The notes below the pieces were generated by a model, which did not search any database, was not told the origin of the DNA, and worked only from the letters and a program-made list of their open reading frames with translations. This document shows, piece by piece, positions 13,296 through 27,206 of a DNA stretch of 64,000 bases (position 1 is its first letter; each line of letters begins with the position of its first letter). The position numbers and the translations under genes are program-made. This stretch comes from the human T2T-CHM13v2.0 reference genome, Homo sapiens. Location of the stretch: NCBI RefSeq assembly GCF_009914755.1, contig NC_060929.1. One strand, written 5' to 3'.

Positions 13296-13689
13296 TGTTA
13301 AATTAAGCTAAAACTGCTTTTTACATAATTTTAGTTTGATCTCAAATTTCTCCATACACAGTGAACTATAACCTAACTGGATGTATCAACAGACTATAAT
13401 CTCCTCTTCTACCAATCACAGAGTTTTGATCAATCGCAGGTGGCCAACTATTTAAACTATGTTCGAGGAGACAAACTCTAAGTTGTAACCAATTCAGTTG
13501 TTTCTGTACCTCACTTTCATTTTCTGTACATCACTTTTCTGTTTCTGTCCATAAACATTATCCAACAACGCAGCAGCCTCAGAGTCGCTCTGAATCTATT
13601 CTGGTTCTGGGGTCTGCCTCATTCACTAATCTTTCTCTGCTCCATTAAACGCTCTTAAATTTAATTTGTCCAAGGTTTTCCTTTTAACA
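13296..13689 (+). mobile_element. MER57 solo LTR (MER57B-like, ERV1)
   Basis: TGTTAAATTAAG...TTTTAACA termini, CCAAT motifs, GTTTCTGTACCTCACTT. Confidence 0.9.
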
Positions 13690-16578
13690 GCATAGTCTTT
13701 GACCATGAGGCTAAAACTGTGCCACAGGTCCCTTCTAGGAATGTGATGTACCAGGTGGTCAACCCAGCCTACTGGGATATGAGGATTTCTGAAGCTATGA
13801 AACAAAATTTGTTCCCACAGGGAACCATTTTGATATCTACAGTTATAAATATTCTAAGCTGTCACACCAGTATCTGCTTTCTTAGAGGAAAGACAAAAAT
13901 TGTAAGGATTGCATCTCACATTGAGAAAAAAAAAATCATTAAAATGCCTTGAGAATGAATCATGTTAATCTGTTGAAGTTCCACATAAAGAAATCTTGTG
14001 TACCTGTGTGGCATAAACTGAAAATAAAAAAAAATAGTCCAAACAAAGCATTTTTAAGAAAAATTAGCACTGCATACAGAACTAAGAAAAAAATTCTAAA
14101 AATATTAATAGTAGCTATCTTTGGGTATGGAATTTGTGCTGATTATTGCTCTTTATGCTCACCTGAGAGTTTTCATTGTTGTTATTTTTTTTAAATCCAC
14201 ATCTCTACTTCACATGAAAACAGCATTGACCTAAAACAAATACAGCATTCTATAGAATTATCCTATTTGAGGATTATTAGTGGCATTAGAAGCATAAGAG
14301 ATCTGGCTGCTGATTGGTAAATATATTGTATCTTATTTGCTAGCTTCAGTTGATTCACAGTTGCCTAGTACAATATGTTAAGAATGGTTCCGAAGTTGCA
14401 CTTGACTTAAGTAGAAGAGAGGGCTGTGATTGATTAGTTATGTCTGCCATGGGTGCAGAATGTGAAAATTGTGATTATCTCTCAAGTGTTTATGGTTGTC
14501 TCTCAGGTGCTTGTCATTTGTTATCTAAATTAATTCCCTCATCTGATATATTGCAAAACTGAAGCCCTTTAAAGGAATTTATTGCTTAAGATCATACAGA
14601 ATTCTAATTACAGATCAATTATATACACTTCTAATTCAATAGCAAAAGATGTATGCCTTGAAAATTTTCACCCATGTACTAAATGCTTCTTGTGTTGAAT
14701 CTACAAATAATCTGAGGATCCTTTAAAAAGCAAAATTAAAGAACAAATAAAAATAGTTCCCCTAAGTTGTCCTAGTCCCTGAATCATTTTCCCTATTCAG
14801 AATTCCACAGTCTGAGCTAGCTAATTCCACCTGACTCTGAGATCTCACATTTATTTTTAAAACCACAAACTAGCATGCCCAGACATGAGGTAGCATTTTC
14901 TCCAAATTGAATAACATTCAGGACTCTGTCATTTTCCTAATGAGGACTCACGCATAGCACCAAGCTTTCTGAAGCATATCCAGGTGAGGACATGTGATTT
15001 TAGCATCTAGACTTGCTAAGGGACTCATTTAATGACAAAGTGTCCTTACAGGAGATCTTGAGAGTCAACACATGATTAAACACGGAAAAGCTGGCAGAAA
15101 TCTGTGTTTTTCTCGAAGGAGAGCAGAAGTACAAGGTTATCCCTTTTAGGATGAGAAGTACTACTGACTTATTTAACAATGATTACAGGAAATTTTGACG
15201 AAGGTGGAAAGTAGCGATGTTGAGGAGTAATTGTGACTGGGTACTTGTGGACCATAGTTCAGATTGCTTTTCCTCTCATGATTCAGAGCTAATCTTATAC
15301 ATAGGTCTCCTAATATCAATCTCTGCTTGCATAACTTAAGTGAAGAGGTGCCTTCTATTTGTTTTTAGATTTTAGCTGAGTTGCCACTTTGGTTAGGAAG
15401 TTTTTCCTTTATTCCTCTAACTGAGTCTTGATGCCCTTCCTGTAGATTTGCTTACTGTGCTTTATTTTGGGGAGCCACAGCACATGCTGGTGTATTATCT
15501 TGACAATTTACTTGCATCTTTCTTCTACTTCACTATAAGCTTTGTAAGAGCAGGGAGTTTCTTTCGTCAACAATGAGAATTCTTCAGTTCTATAATGGTG
15601 TCTATTCTAAGTGATTACTAAATATCTATTAAGAAAAGGAGAGATGAATGAATTAAAGACTTACCTATTGTATTTTTAGAGAAGTATAAGGAACAGAAAT
15701 GGCTAGACCCATCTCACCATTGGTTCTAAGTCTGCCATGCAATTTACATGGGACTTGTGAGAAAGTGGGCATGGGAATGGAACTGGCTTACATGTACATT
15801 ACTCCTTGTAGTCATTAAAGAGGTTCTGAAGGGATAAACTCCTTTCATCCTGACTTGTCCTTGAGATCTAAAGTACCACTTAGGTTAAAAAATGATACAG
15901 GAAAACCTATTCCTCTCATCAGATCAAAGGGATATTACATTGATCTTGAATGCCAAAATTCACAACAGTCACAACAAGTAAAAGTATAAAAATTGTCGGC
16001 ATACAAATCTCATTAACTTGCACATTTTGAAGTTGATAAAAACAAGTAAAATTGGCTTTGCTTCATTTCAGAGTAATTACTGTACTCGAAACTTGGAAAG
16101 TCAATAAATGCATTTCAATGTATATGATACAATAATCACGCATTATGGTCCATTTTCAAACAAATCGTAATTACTGTCTGAATATGACTCAAATCACCAA
16201 GGAACTTTCATAAATGCTAAATTACTTGCAATTTGAACATGCTAAAAATGCCATGCCATTTGCAACACAGAACAGATGAGCAATGGGCCAAACTTAGAAG
16301 ATGCAATTCACTCAAAGTGATGTTACTAAAATGTGTAACAGATGGTATGGTCACTGAGGTTACAAAAGGCCTGTTTATGTAAAAAAACAAATAGAATTTT
16401 AGATATTTTCAAGTATTTCTAAATAAGATGTTCTTAAATAGCTTGAACATTCTCTATTCTGGGAATATTAATCAATCTCCAAAACTTTTTTTTTTTTTTT
16501 TTTCAAAAATCTCTCTTCTGGCAATGTAAGCAGGTAAGCAGTTTGGGCCCTTTTAACATTTCCCCTTTGGGTACAGGT

Positions 16579-16582
<4 letters not shown>

Positions 16583-16621
<39 letters not shown>
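16583..16621. repeat. (CA)n microsatellite
   Basis: Perfect CA run. Confidence 0.97.
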
Positions 16622-16622
<1 letters not shown>

Positions 16623-17667
16623 TCTAAATAAGATTCCACTAAATGCCAGGTTTTTTGCTAGGGAATGATTAAAAAGAGATGAAAGATACCATCTTTCCTC
16701 TAAGAGATTCATGGTTTAGCACAAGCTGATCAGTGGTGACTAAACAGTGAAATTATCAGTCCTTCATCTCATTGACTGCAGGAGAATCTTTCTGAGCCTT
16801 AGCTTGAAGAATGAGTAAGGACTCAGAGTAGATTGGATGAAAGAAAACACAGAATAGTCAGAAACACTTTAGAGGACTGGCAATAGACAACTCAAGAGAA
16901 ATAGGCAAAGAGATGCCTAATTACAGTGGACCTTCAGTGTCATGCTAGAGTGTCGATTTTATCGTAATGGTAAAGATAATCTATTGAAGGTTTTTAACAA
17001 GGGAAGCAATCCTTCAGATTTATACATTAGAAGGACTCATCTGGCAATATGGACGACTGATTAAAGAGAAGCAAGACCAAGCAAGGATTCCAAAGTCCAT
17101 GTTAATACACTCATCCAAGTAAGATATAAACCACTTAAATAAAACTCTTTCAAAATATGGGAAGGAGCTTATTCCTCACTGGTAGTACCACTATCTGAAT
17201 GACTAGTAATTTAGTACTTCCATATCTTGTTGTCTGGGTGGAGTAAAGTAAGTCTTTCCTATAGCTAAATTTAAGCTGGTCCTATATATGTATTTCCTAA
17301 TCTCCACAAACAGACATCACAAAAATATTTAAGCAAATTTTATAAATAATATTTTATGCACCCCATTTAGCTTTATTATTTATTTAACCATGCCAATATT
17401 TGTTGAGCACTCATTATTTGTGCAGCACAGTGGGAGACATAGAAGGAATGGTACAGGCATAATCTTAATCCTGAAATATCTAGAGTTTTTTTAGCAAAAT
17501 ACTAATTACACAAAAAGATTTATTTTGAAGTATGTGAAGGCAGAATTTAATAAAATGGCCGAAGGGTTCATATATATATATGAATAGATATTTTTAGAGT
17601 AGGAAAACCAGAGTAATTTGTCTAGACTGCGGTGGTATAGGAAGATTTTCTTGTTTAAATGGTCCTG

Positions 17668-20086
17668 TAGGCATGCTTCATTGTTTTTTTATTCTTTTGT
17701 CTCCTCTGACTGTGTATTTTCAAGTGGCCTGTCCTCAAGCTCACTAATTCTTTATTCTCCTTGATCAATTCTGCTGTTAAAAGACTCTGATGCAGTCTTT
17801 AGTATGCCAATTGCATTTTTCAGCTCCATAAGTTTCTGCTTGATTCTTTTAAATTACTTCAATCTCTTTGTTGAATTTGTCTGATAGAATTCTGAATTTT
17901 GTCTCTGTGTTATCTTGAATTTCTTTGAGTTTTCTCAAAAGAGTTATTTTGAATTCTCCATCTGAAGGGTCATATATCTCTGTTTCTCCAAGATTGGTCC
18001 CTGGTGCCTTATTTAGTTCATTTGGTGAGGTTATGTTTTTCTGGATGGTCTTGATACTTGTATATGTTTGTCTGTGTCAGGGCACTGAAGAATGAGGTAT
18101 TTATTGTAGTCTTCTCAGTCTGGGCTTGTTTGTACCTATTCTTCTTGGAAAGGCTTCCACATATTTGAAAGGGCTTGGGTGTTGTGTTCTAAGCTGTATC
18201 AGCTTTAGGGGACACCCCAAGCCCAGTAATGCTGTGGTTCTTGCAGACTTGTAGAGGTACCATCTTAATGGTCTTGGATAAGATATGGGAGAATTCTCTG
18301 GATTACCAGGCAGAGCTATTTTATCTCTTCCCTTACTTTCTCCCAAACAAATGGAGTCTCTCTTTCTCTTTTTAGTTACCTACAGCTGGGGGTGGAGTGA
18401 CATGAGCACGCCTGTGGCCACTACCACTAGGAATGCACTGGGTCCAGCCTGAAGCCAGTACAGCACTAGGTCTCCCTCGAGGCCTGCCATGATCACTCCT
18501 TGGCTACCACCTATGTTTGATCAAGGCCCTGGGGCTCTACAATCAGCAGGTAGCAAAGCCAACCAGGCATGTGTCCTTCCCTTCAGGGAGATGAGTTCCC
18601 TCAGCCCCAGAGCAGATCTGGGGGTGCTGTCCAGGAGTCAAGGACTAGAGTCAAAAAGGTTCAAAGTTTACCTGGTGTCCTGTTGTACTGTGGCTGAGCT
18701 GGGAGTCAAACCACAAGATGCAGTCCTTCCTGCTCTTTCCTCCCCATTCCAAAGTCAGAAGGACTTCACCCCATGGCCACCACTACTGCAGGCCCATGGA
18801 GAGTACTACCAGACTAATGCAGGTTCCCTTAAGACCCAAGAGTTCTTCAGTCAGCTTGTGGTGAATGCTGCCTCGCCTGGGACTCACCCTTTAGGACAGT
18901 GAATCCTCGGGCCCAGGGAAGGTCCAGAAATGCTATCTAAGAGCCAAGTCCTAGAATAAGGAGCCCAAGATCCTGTTTGGTACTCTACCTTTCTGTGGCT
19001 GTGCTGGTACCTAAGGTGCAAGACAAAGTTGCTCTTACTTTTTCCCGTTACTTTTCTCAAGTGGAAGAAGTCTTGTGCCCTAGCCACCACAGCTGGGAAT
19101 GTGCTGAGTCTCTCCCAAAGCCAGCAGATTTCAGAGTCTCACCCAAAACCCTCAACGTAGTACTTGTGTATTGCTGCTGGTTATTCAGGGACCATGTGGT
19201 CTTGAGTTGGCAGGTGACAAATCCTGCTAGGACTGGGTTCTTCCTGTCAAGGCAGTGGGGTCCCTTCAGCCCAGGGTGTGTACAGAAATGTTGTCTGGGT
19301 ACTAGGGCCTGGAAGGCGGGGGGCCTTGTGACTCTGACTGGTGCCCTGCTGTGGCTGAGCTGATATCCAAGAGGTAAGACAAAGTCCTTCCCACACTTCT
19401 CCCTCCTCTCCTCAAGCAGAGGGAAGGGGTTTCATTTGGAGCCATGAGCTGTGGGGAGGTTAGGGGAGAGGTGATGCTATCACTTCTTTAGCTGCCCTGG
19501 CTGGTGTCTCAGTAGGTCATGTGCTCCCCCATCCCCCAGGTCACTGGCTCTGGTCCCAGTTGAGCACTAGGATTCACCTAGGAGTTGCAGTTCTTGTGGC
19601 CTAGACTGCTTTTCAAGTATATTTAGGGCCCCCATATCACTTTAGCTCCTGGTGGCGGGGCTTGCAGGAAGTCAAGCTTGGACCACTGGGATCAGCAATT
19701 CCCCTCTGACTAGGGCTGGTTTAACTGATCCCTCCATGCGCGGGCATCAGCTGTGTTTGGTCTGGTTTTGTTTTAGGCTATGACAGGTCAGCATGAGTTC
19801 AATGCCCCAACATTGCATGCTCTCCCTCCCCAAGAACACAGAAATGCTCTCTGGACCACATTGCCTCTGTCAGGGGATGCAGGAGCAGTGGCTTTAGTGA
19901 TTCAGGAATATTTTCCCTACCTCTTTATTGCCTCTTTGTGATATGAAATTAAAAACAGGTGCTGTGGGTACCCATTTGATTTTCACTTCTTATTCAGGTG
20001 CTTGTTGTGCAGATAGTTGTTAAATTGATGTCCTTGTGGGTATGGGGGATAATGGGTGCAGCCTTCTATTCCTGCATCCTGCTTCC
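17668..20086 (-). mobile_element. L1 5' UTR plus start of ORF1 (L1MA/L1PB-age 5' end)
   Basis: Antisense ORF1 motifs (CAAGCTCACTAATTCTT, GATAGAATTCTGAAT), then GC-richer repeated 5' UTR subunits (AGACAAAGTCC, CTGTGGCTGAGCTG). Confidence 0.85.
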
Positions 20087-20575
20087 TCAATTCTCCTGTA
20101 TATATGGGATTCAAATTGAGCTTTGAAAAAATGATGGAAAAAGACTAGAGGCTATTCTTGATTACACAACACAAATAAAAGTGTAGCAAGGAGAATGAGT
20201 TTTGGGTATATGCTGGGACAGCATGGTATAAATAGATATCAAAGTGAGCTTGGGAACTTGGCTGTTCCGGATCTCCCCCATTTATCTATATTTACAAGGA
20301 AAGTTCAGCCATGTGGCCCGAGAAGCTGAAAGAAAGGGTTAGTTAGAAAAAAACAGGGCAAAAACGTGGAGATGACTCATGGTAGGAGAGTCCTCTCAGA
20401 TGTCAGTATCATATTTTGGTTTCTTCCTGAGGCTATTATAATCTTGCCTTTGGTTTCTTTGACACACCTTGTTGGCATCATAGTTAATTCTTACTTTGAC
20501 TTGAGGCACTTGAATTTAGTTTTAGTATTGTAATAAAAACCAGTCACACAGGTAATGTACTTTACTAAGGTCAAA

Positions 20576-21253
<678 letters not shown>

Positions 21254-21506
21254 TGATATTTTAAAACCTGTCTTCCTATAAATTTATGAACAGCATACTT
21301 TTCATTAATTTTTATTTATAGAGTGCCTATAACATTGTGAATGTGCTCATACATATTTTTAATGGATAGATGAATGGATAGAGAAGTGAATAAATGTATG
21401 AGGAAAAGAAAGATACATTTTGTTATATTGATATGTAAGTATTATTTTTCAAGGATATTACAAATGCATTGTTTTCTTTTAACATTCAATTTTCAAATGT
21501 TTATAG

Positions 21507-21838
<332 letters not shown>

Positions 21839-22621
21839 AGCAATTGACTTTTTATATATGGACCTTGTTTCCTGAGACTGTGCTTTACTTATATGTTAAC
21901 TAAAGAAGCTTTCTCTTTCTTTTTTGGGAAAGGGAAGGGTGTTTAAATTTTCTACATAAACAATACTGTAATTTCCTTATCAAAAACAGTTTTATTTCTT
22001 CTTTCCAATTTGTATACCTTTCATTTCTTTTTTTCTTGTTTTCTTGTGCTATCTAGAGTTTCTAGTACAATATCAAATAGTATTGCTGAAAGAGGACATT
22101 CTCACCTAGTTTCCCATTTTATGTAAAAACCATCCAGTCTGTAATGAGTAAGTATGATGTTAACTGTACGTTTTTCATAAGTGTTCTTTATCAAGTTAGG
22201 GAAGTTCTCCTCCATTCCACTTTATTGAGGGTTGTTATTTGAATGGGTGCTGAGTGTTTCCCATTTTTTCATTGTTAATTGATTGTAATGTATGATTTTG
22301 AATATTTAGCCTGTTGATTTGGTAGATTACCTTCATTAATTTTTTAATGTAAACCCATCTTGCATACCTGAATTACTTTCCACTTGTCCATGGTTTATAC
22401 TCTTATAATACATTGTTAGATTTGATTTGCTAATTTTTTGTTGAGGGTGTTTGCATCAAAAGTTCATGACAGATATTGATCTGTGCTTTTTCTTTCTTGT
22501 AATGTCATTATCTGGTTTCAGTATTGTAATGTTTTTAATCTATGACCTCATCAAATGGGTTAAGAAGCTTTTTTTCTGCTTCTAATTCCTGGAAGAGATT
22601 ATGGAAAATTGGTATTATTTC

Positions 22622-23032
22622 ATTTTTTTTCTGTATTTCTTCTAAAAAAAAAGCGGGGGGGGGATACATGTGTAGAACGTGCAGGTTTGCTATATAGGTA
22701 TACATGTGCCATGGTGGTTTGCTGCACCTATTGATCCATTCTCTAAGTTCCCTCCCTTCATCCCCCATCCTCCAACAGGCCCTGGTGTGTGTTGATCCCC
22801 TCACTGTGTCCATGTGTTCTCAATGTTCAACTCCCACTTATGAGTGAGAACACGTGGTGTTTGGTTTTCTGTTCCTGTCTTAGCTTGCTGAGGATGTTGG
22901 CTTCCAGCTTCATCCATGTCTCTGCAAAGGACATGATCTAATTCCCTTTTTATGGCTGCATAGTATTCCATGGCATATATGTACCACATTTTCTTTATCC
23001 AGTCTATCATTGATGGGCATTTGGGTTGGTTC
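22622..23032 (-). mobile_element. 5'-truncated L1PA8-like 3' end
   Basis: Characteristic TTTCTTCTAAAAAAAAA...GGGATACATGTG end and CTCTAAGTTCCCTCCC; no TSD found. Confidence 0.88.
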
Positions 23033-23038
23033 TGTTCC

Positions 23039-23507
23039 TCTATCTATCTATACATACACAAACACACATATGTATATATGTATGCAAATATATATTTGTA
23101 TTTGTATATATATACAAATACATATATGCATATGTGAATATAAATATATATGTATAACATATACAAATATATATACAGTAGTATACATATATACATCATA
23201 CAAATATAAAGTCATACATGGTAATAAATATAACAGACAAAACAAACTTAGAAGTACTGTGAGGAAAGTTCTGTCTAAGAAAATAAAACTTAAGCTTTGA
23301 AGTAGGAGTAGGAAAGATAGAAGAGGGGAATAAATGTAAGGAAATGGAACCATTATCTAAAAGGACCCTCAAAAGGATACAAGTTTGTTGTGTCCTTGAG
23401 AAAAGACAATGAACTGATAAAAGACAATGTGAGCACCTTGCCTCACATTGGGAAGCTGGCATAAAAAAGCTGGGAATCATTGAGGCCATTTTAAGAATTT
23501 TAAATTT
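23039..23507 (-). repeat. Inverted copy of 20576-21072 joined to the L1PA8 5' junction
   Basis: Reverse-complement identity with scattered substitutions and small indels. Confidence 0.95.
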
Positions 23508-25732
23508 GCTAGAATTCAACAGTGTAATAATTTGGCTCTGTTTTCTTTTCAGAGGTTATTTTAGTTGATTCAATGTATGTAGTAGATATGGGGTTTTGCA
23601 TGTCATATAATTATCTCTTGTGAGTTTTGGCATTTTGTGCCTTTTAAGAAATTTATCTATTTAATTCATCATGTTTTTAAATTTATGGGCATACAGTTGT
23701 TCAGAATATCTTATTATTTTCCTCTTAATATTCTGAACAACTGTATTCCCACAAATTTAAAAACCTGATCAGTAATGATTATTCTTTTTTCATTTGTCTG
23801 ATTTTTTATTTTCTTGTTTAGCCTGGCTACATGTTTATTAATTTAATGACTTTTTTGGTTTCATTAATTTTTTCTATAGCTTTCCTGTTTTCAATTTCAT
23901 TGATTTTTGTTGTGTTATGTTTTCTTGACTTCTACTTACTTTTGGTTTATATTTCTGTCATTCCTCTAGCTTCTTAAAGTGAAAGTTTAGAATCTTAATT
24001 TTTAAATACTTCTTCTTTTCTAAAGTACATATTCAATGCTGTAAAATTCCCTCTCACCACTGCTTTTGTGCCATCCAAAAAGTTTAGTAGGTTACATTTT
24101 CATTCTTATTTAGTTCAAAATATTTTTTTCATTCATCTTGAGACTTCTTTTATCTATGTGAAGTTCAGAAGTATACAAATTAATATCCAAATATTTGGGA
24201 ATTTTCCAGCTCTATTCCTAGTTTCCTATTCCTTGATTTCTAGTTTAATTCCGTTATGGTATTAGAATATACTTTGTAATATACTTTCCCTAATACAACG
24301 TTAACCTATGGCTTTATTGTACAAAATATAGTTCGTCTTATTCAATTTTGTTTTGAGTTTAAAAGAAACTCTATTCTGCTTCTGTTGGAGTATTCTAAAA
24401 ACATCAGTTAGAACAAATTGACTGATAGTTCTGTTCATTTTGTCTATATCCTTACTGACTTTCTGCCTACATAATCTGTCAGTTACTGGCAGATGAGCAT
24501 TGACGTTTCCAAATGTAATAGTAAATTTGTCTATTTTCAGTTTTAGCAGTTTTTCCTCATGTAGTTTGATTTTCTATTGTTAGGTTACATTATATTATCT
24601 TGGAGATTCAATCCTTTATAATTATTTTATGCCCCTCTTCATGCTAGATCTATTTTTGTTGTTCTGAAGTCTGCTGTGTCTGAAATAAATACAACTACTA
24701 CACTTTAAAAAAAATTAGTGTTTGCTAATTACTATAACTTTCTTCTGTTGCTGAATGGTATAACTTTCCCTATTCCTTTGCTTTTAATCAATCTGTATCT
24801 TTATATTTAAAGTGGGCTTCCTGTAGACAACATATAATTGGGTTCTGGGGTGTTTTTTAATCCATTCTGATGATTTATTTTAATTTATATAATTAGATCA
24901 TTGTTATGTAAACTGATTATTGAAATAGTTACATTAATATCAACATATGTATAACTTCAATTGTGCTTTTGTTTTTGTCTCCCAACCCCATTTATTTTCT
25001 TTCCCTAGCCTAAATTGAGCACTTTATAGGATTCAATTTTGCCTCATCTGTTAACCTATCTGTTATTATTATTATTATTATTTTACTTTTTGAGTGGCTG
25101 CCCTGATCATTTATGATATATATTTTCTACTAATCTCAGTCTTCAAATAATACTGTACCACTTCATGGGCAGAGCAAATACCCAATATCAGAGAATTCCC
25201 ATTTTCTCCCTCCTATCCTTGTGACAATGTTGTTGGCTATATTCACCCAATACAATTTTACAATAATTACTTTATTTTATTTTTTTCATCTATAGGTTTT
25301 TATTAGAAAAGAAATTAAGTGTCGTCACTAGAGACTGCAAAAGGAAATTAACAATCTTACAATTCTAGAACAGGCAAACTTCATGATAAGGGATTCTTAA
25401 GTTTTCAAAGTGTGGGGGCTCCTTCACAGATACACAGTTGGTATAGTGGGCTGTAAGTTTTCTCAGATGTTTTACATTTCATGCTTTAATCTTTGCTGGT
25501 AGTCTAAATCAAATAAATACATCGTGTTCAGGATTATCTGGATAGCCATCTTAAATAGCAGAGTGTTCCGCATGACCACAGCCTCTGCGCTTGTGCCTCT
25601 GATCCGTGTGACACCAAGACCAACCATGCTTTTCATATGATTTCTCCAATTGGGTCCTGCGACCTTTCACAGAATTTTTGAACATTTCCTACGAGATCTG
25701 TGGAGGACAAGGTGGAGAACACTGGTTCAGAG

Positions 25733-25952
25733 CAGTGATTTTCAAGGTGGGATGGGATGCGATGGCGTGGAGTTGAGTGGAGAGATGCATGTAGTTTGAA
25801 AGAACACATTCAGAATACCCACTGATTTCATAATACAAACTCCAGAAAGTCAAGCAACAAAATGATTTCAGCTAACGGGCAGTAGCAGATAACCAACTAT
25901 GGATTCATCATTGTGGAGAAGAAGTCAGGATAACCATAGTTGAAAAACGCTG
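25733..25952. mobile_element. hAT-Charlie-type MITE remnant inside the GLRX 3' UTR copy
   Basis: Imperfect TIRs CAGTGATTTTCAA / TTGAAAAACGCTG; 8-bp flanks GTTCAGAG / GCTTAGAG. Confidence 0.6.
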
Positions 25953-26277
25953 GCTTAGAGGTAGAGACATGCCGACACATGGAGAACAGTAAGAAACGCG
26001 TGCCAAAGAGAACAAGTGAGGATCAGTGAGCGAATCCTGGGCCAGAACTTGTCACAGTCTTCTGAAAACCAAAGACCACATCCAGAAGAAAATCAAGATG
26101 GCCCATCAACCTTCTTGGCCCTGTGGTTAAGATCAAGTTGGTCCACTTTTAAATACGGAGCCAAAAGAGGAAAAAAGCTGTATGTGTCCCCAAATTCATC
26201 CACCAGGAAGTGCTGTCATCATATGTAATGCCATCCAGCTCTTGAGGAGGGACGTCAGCATGGGGCCTGCTCCGTGG

Positions 26278-26598
26278 TTACTGCAGAGCTCCAATCTGCT
26301 TTAGCCGCGTCAGCAGTTCCCCAATCTGTTGCATAGAGACTAGATCACTGCATCCGCCTATACAATCTTTACCGATAAAGACTCGAGGCACCATTCTCGC
26401 TCCTGTGAGCTGTTGCAAGTAATCTTGAATCTTGTTAGTGTGGTTGGAGGCTGTGATATCGACAAATTCCAGAAGCCTTTGTTTGGTGGACAATTGACTG
26501 AGGATCTCTTGGGCCCTCCTGCAGTATGGACAGGTGGGCTTGATGAACACAACCAGCTTCCCAGGCTGGATTTTGCAGTTCACGAACTCTTGAGCCAT
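26278..26598 (-). CDS. GLRX: Intact 106-aa glutaredoxin-1-like ORF of the retrocopy (translation unproven)
   Basis: MAQEFVNCKIQ...KPTCPYCRRAQ...VPRVFIGKDCIGGCSDL...GALQ; CPYC and GG motifs retained; 9 differences from human GLRX1 as I recall it. Confidence refers to it being a functional CDS; the homology is clear. Confidence 0.4.
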   Translation of the reverse strand: MAQEFVNCKIQPGKLVVFIKPTCPYCRRAQEILSQLSTKQRLLEFVDITASNHTNKIQDYLQQLTGARMVPRVFIGKDCIGGCSDLVSMQQIGELLTRLKQIGALQ

Positions 26599-27117
26599 GC
26601 AGATGGGCTGCGATCTCCCCGGGAAGAATCCTCAGTTGCAGGTACTGCTTGGGGTATTGAGCCACGATAATTACTTTAAATAGTTATCTTTCAAATGAAT
26701 TTTTAAAAATAAAAGATTTCACCTTCATTTATTCATTCTCAGATGCTTTTTTTTTCTTTATGTAGATCCCCGTTTCTGACATATATTGATTTTCATTTCC
26801 TGAAAAACTCCTTTATTTTTCTTGTAGGGTAGATCTGAGGGCTGTGAATTCCCCCCACTTTCTATTAGTCTCAGAAAGTCTTTATTTCTCCTCCATGTAT
26901 GAAAAATACTTTCACTGAATATAGAATTCTAGGTCGGTGGGGATTTTCTCTCAATACTTTTAAGCATATCACTCCACTTTATTAACATTTACACCGTTTC
27001 TGACGAGTAGTCTTTTGTAATGTTTGTCCTTGTTCTTCCATTTGTAAGGTGTTCCTTTCCTCTAGATACTTTCAAGACTCTGTCTTTGGTTTTCTGCAGT
27101 TTGAATATGACATGCTT

Positions 27118-27120
<3 letters not shown>

Positions 27121-27173
<53 letters not shown>

Positions 27174-27206
27174 CGTGCGTGCGTGCGCGCGCGCACATGC
27201 ATGCGT
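27121..27206. repeat. (GT)n followed by (GCGT)n/(GC)n alternating purine-pyrimidine tract
   Basis: Direct reading. Confidence 0.95.

Larger units (their letters stand above)
25275..26663 (-). pseudogene. GLRX: Processed (retroposed) copy of glutaredoxin-1 mRNA; probably GLRXP3/GLRXL or its ortholog
   Basis: Intronless CDS plus 5' and 3' UTR; AATAAA (TTTATT at 25299-25304); short poly(A) at 25275-25286; TSD ACAATAATTACTTTA 25260-25274 / ACGATAATTACTTTA 26664-26678; TT/AAAG L1 endonuclease-like site. Confidence 0.96.

Noticed and set aside
14200-16450. Stretch I could not fully assign to repeats (similarly ~40200-42400, ~45900-46650, ~61800-64000) as possible exons or conserved elements
   Set aside because: No convincing ORF, splice pattern or RNA structure by eye; may be very old repeats or enhancers, which needs conservation and chromatin data.
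18101-19363. ORFs of 137 and 128 aa in the GC-richer segment
   Set aside because: Lie within an L1 5' UTR; higher GC explains fewer stops; no recognisable domain.
26358-26670. Overlapping alternative-frame and antisense ORFs over the GLRX copy
   Set aside because: Shadow frames of the real glutaredoxin sequence; no independent homology recognisable.
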